Shown here: one piece after another, positions 50,014 to 51,931 of the stretch
How positions within the stretch are numbered: position 1 is the first letter of the stretch
How the letters are laid out: each line of letters begins with the position of its first letter
NCBI GenBank assembly: GCA_011390645.1
Contig: JAABRY010000010.1
Coordinates: forward strand, 1-51,931
Length of the DNA stretch: 51,931 bases
Direction of reading: 5' to 3'
Source of the DNA: Gemmatimonadota bacterium
GTDB lineage: Bacteria > Gemmatimonadota > Gemmatimonadetes > Gemmatimonadales > GWC2-71-9
Notes under the pieces: generated by a model
The model's input: the letters and a program-made list of their open reading frames with translations, nothing else
What the model was told of the DNA's origin: nothing
Databases searched by the model: none
Program-made: the position numbers and the translations under genes

Positions 50014-50667
50014 CTACTTGCTGTCTCGCCTGGCCTGATTGCGACGGCCGCGCGAGCCGACATGACCCTGGTGCGCCTCGGCGCTCTGATGGTTGAGCTT
50101 CTGCGCCTTGCGCGTGCCGCGCGACTCCTCACTCTGCGCCTGCTTGGCTGTCGCGTTCGCGAGCGCCTCGGGTCCCCAGATATGCGCACCTGAGGCAGCG
50201 GGTGGCGACGACGCGGCAGCGTTCCGTCGGGGCTTGGCCACGGCCTTCTTGGTGGCAGCCTTCTTGGTGGACGCCTTCTTCGTGGCCACGGCCTGCGTCT
50301 TGGCACTGGCCTTCGCTTTGGGCTTCGGCTTCGTCGTGGCCTTGGTCGTGGTCTTGGTCTTGGTCGTCACCTTGGCAAGCTGCTCCTCGAAGCGCTCGAG
50401 CGCCTCGTCAAACATCTGCTGCTTCACGACGGTGTTGTCGTTCCCTTGGGCTGCGCGCGTGCTCTTGGCGTTCCGCTTGCCGCGTGCCTCGCCACGCTGT
50501 TGCTTGGCGAGGTCGCGGTATTTGTCGCGGAGCTTGCGCGTGCGCGCAATCTTCTGGGTGAGTCGCGCAGGCGTCAGCGCCGTGATCTCCTTGGCACGAC
50601 TGGCCTGCAGCAAGGTCCACTCGGCCTCGGTCGCGAGCTTGCGGGCGGTGGCGTGATGTACGCTCAT
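50014..50667 (-). CDS. Basic Lys/Ala/Thr-rich (histone H1-like tail) protein
   Basis: [17 protein letters not shown] and KPKPKAKA; helical N-terminal domain; GGAG RBS. Confidence 0.7.
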   Translation of the reverse strand: MSVHHATARKLATEAEWTLLQASRAKEITALTPARLTQKIARTRKLRDKYRDLAKQQRGEARGKRNAKSTRAAQGNDNTVVKQQMFDEALERFEEQLAKVTTKTKTTTKATTKPKPKAKASAKTQAVATKKASTKKAATKKAVAKPRRNAAASSPPAASGAHIWGPEALANATAKQAQSEESRGTRKAQKLNHQSAEAHQGHVGSRGRRNQARRDSK

Positions 50668-50766
50668 CTGGATCTCCGTGATGGGGGCGATGCGTTGCTT
50701 CGGGTGCGAACGTGGCGAACCAGCACTTTCAACCTACACCTACCTGCGCGGCGTGGAGGCCGGTAC

Positions 50767-51192
50767 ATGACTGACAGTGTGAAACCCCCGCGTGATGCCG
50801 TTCCCCGTGTTGGCGTCGGCGTTCTGGTGGTGCGTGATGGTCGCATCCTCCTCGGCGAACGGCGTGGCGCCCACGGCGCGGGACACTGGGCATTGCCGGG
50901 TGGCCACCTTGAGCATGGCGAAACAGTCGAGGACTGCGCTCGTCGTGAACTCGCGGAAGAGACCGGACTCGTTGGCGGTGTGCTCACCCGTGGTCCATGG
51001 GTGAGTGACGTCTTCGAGGCCGAGGGATTGCACTACGTGACCGTGTTCATGGTGGTGCGCAATCCGGTTGGCGAGGTGGTCCTACGCGAGCCAGCGAAGT
51101 GCACTCGTTGGGAGTGGTTCTCGTGGAAGGCACTTCCCACACCACTCTTTGCCCCGCTTGCCTCGCTACGCGACAGTGGGTTCATGCCCTGA
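50767..51192 (+). CDS. Nudix hydrolase (NUDT15/MutT-like)
   Basis: PRVGVGV; Nudix box [33 protein letters not shown]. Confidence 0.92.
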   Translation: MTDSVKPPRDAVPRVGVGVLVVRDGRILLGERRGAHGAGHWALPGGHLEHGETVEDCARRELAEETGLVGGVLTRGPWVSDVFEAEGLHYVTVFMVVRNPVGEVVLREPAKCTRWEWFSWKALPTPLFAPLASLRDSGFMP

Positions 51193-51300
51193 CCCCTTCG
51201 GGTCAGACCATGTGCGCACACCCCAGGGCGGAGCGTCTCCAAGGAAGCGCGCCAACTGCTGCTGCCGTGATCTTCCGGCGCGCCTCTCTCAGGAGTTTCC

Positions 51301-51660
51301 ATGTCACGCATGCACACGATCTTCGCTGCCTGTGGCCTTGCGGCCACCTTCCTCAGTCCGCTCGCTGCGCAGTCTGCCGTCTCGATCGCCACTCCATCGG
51401 AGGGACGAGTCCCGACGATCGAGGCGACGATGGCGGCAATGCCGGCCCCCGTTGGTTTGCAGAGCCAGTCGACCCTGGCCACGTCGCTGGATGATGCCAC
51501 CGGAATCAGCTCCCTCGCCGCTCGTCGCCGAGGCGAGGGTGAAGTGCTCATGATCGTCGGAGCGGCAGGAATCGTGACTGGCATCCTCATTGAGGAGGGA
51601 TTGATCTCGCTCCTGGGTGCTGGCGTTGGCCTCTACGGGCTCTATCTGCACTTGCGCTGA
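51301..51660 (+). CDS. Small secreted/membrane hypothetical protein
   Basis: Signal peptide, two Gly-rich C-terminal helices; AGGAG RBS. Confidence 0.65.
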   Translation: MSRMHTIFAACGLAATFLSPLAAQSAVSIATPSEGRVPTIEATMAAMPAPVGLQSQSTLATSLDDATGISSLAARRRGEGEVLMIVGAAGIVTGILIEEGLISLLGAGVGLYGLYLHLR

Positions 51661-51747
51661 CGAGATGGGTCTGGTGCCTTGACGTGATTCGCGATACCCT
51701 TGATCGCATCGCATTGAGGCACCTTTCCCGCACCCAAGGTCGTGCAG

Positions 51748-51931
51748 GTGAACACTCTCCATTCCACTCGCTGGCTTCCACTCGCGCTCGCTGCCCTGGG
51801 TGCCGTCCTCCTCATCATGGCAGGCCTGGGCACCCGCATCGGGCTCTGGTCATTCGGCACCGGCTTCTCCGTCATGCGCTGGGCCGCGTACATCGGCGTC
51901 GCCACGATGCTGGTCGCGTTGCTCTTCCTCG
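51748..51931 (+). CDS. Partial membrane protein, DUF1499-like N-terminus
   Basis: Manual translation: ...LLIMAGLGTRIGLWSFGTGFSVMRWAAYIG..., open at the window end. Start uncertain. Confidence 0.55.
   Translation, partial: MNTLHSTRWLPLALAALGAVLLIMAGLGTRIGLWSFGTGFSVMRWAAYIGVATMLVALLFL

Overview
High-GC bacterial chromosomal segment with about 57 CDS. Gene content suggests Gemmatimonadota (inference, not searched). I found no rRNA, tRNA, CRISPR array, transposase or phage gene. Content is mostly stress, envelope and metal genes: ferritin, an ECF sigma/anti-sigma/PDZ operon, a YggX-like protein, an amidohydrolase, FabH, RidA, a G8-domain (TMEM2/CEMIP-like) lipoprotein, two MscS channels, a choice-of-anchor B protein, the DUF1800/DUF1501 pair, an OprC-like TonB-dependent receptor with a Cys/His-rich leader ORF, katG, a DASS transporter, Dps and a Nudix hydrolase. 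Two features stand out. (1) A dispersed intergenic element family built from tandem heptamers (GGTGAAA/CGTGAAA/CGGTGAA) arranged as inverted arms around unique spacers: seven two-armed copies and one half copy in the first 21 kb. Arms with three or more units place stop codons in all three frames. (2) A candidate metal-responsive arrest leader (ending in ...IGPP) plus a hairpin upstream of an OprC-like receptor that lacks the canonical Cys ligand. All family calls come from motif recognition, not database searches.
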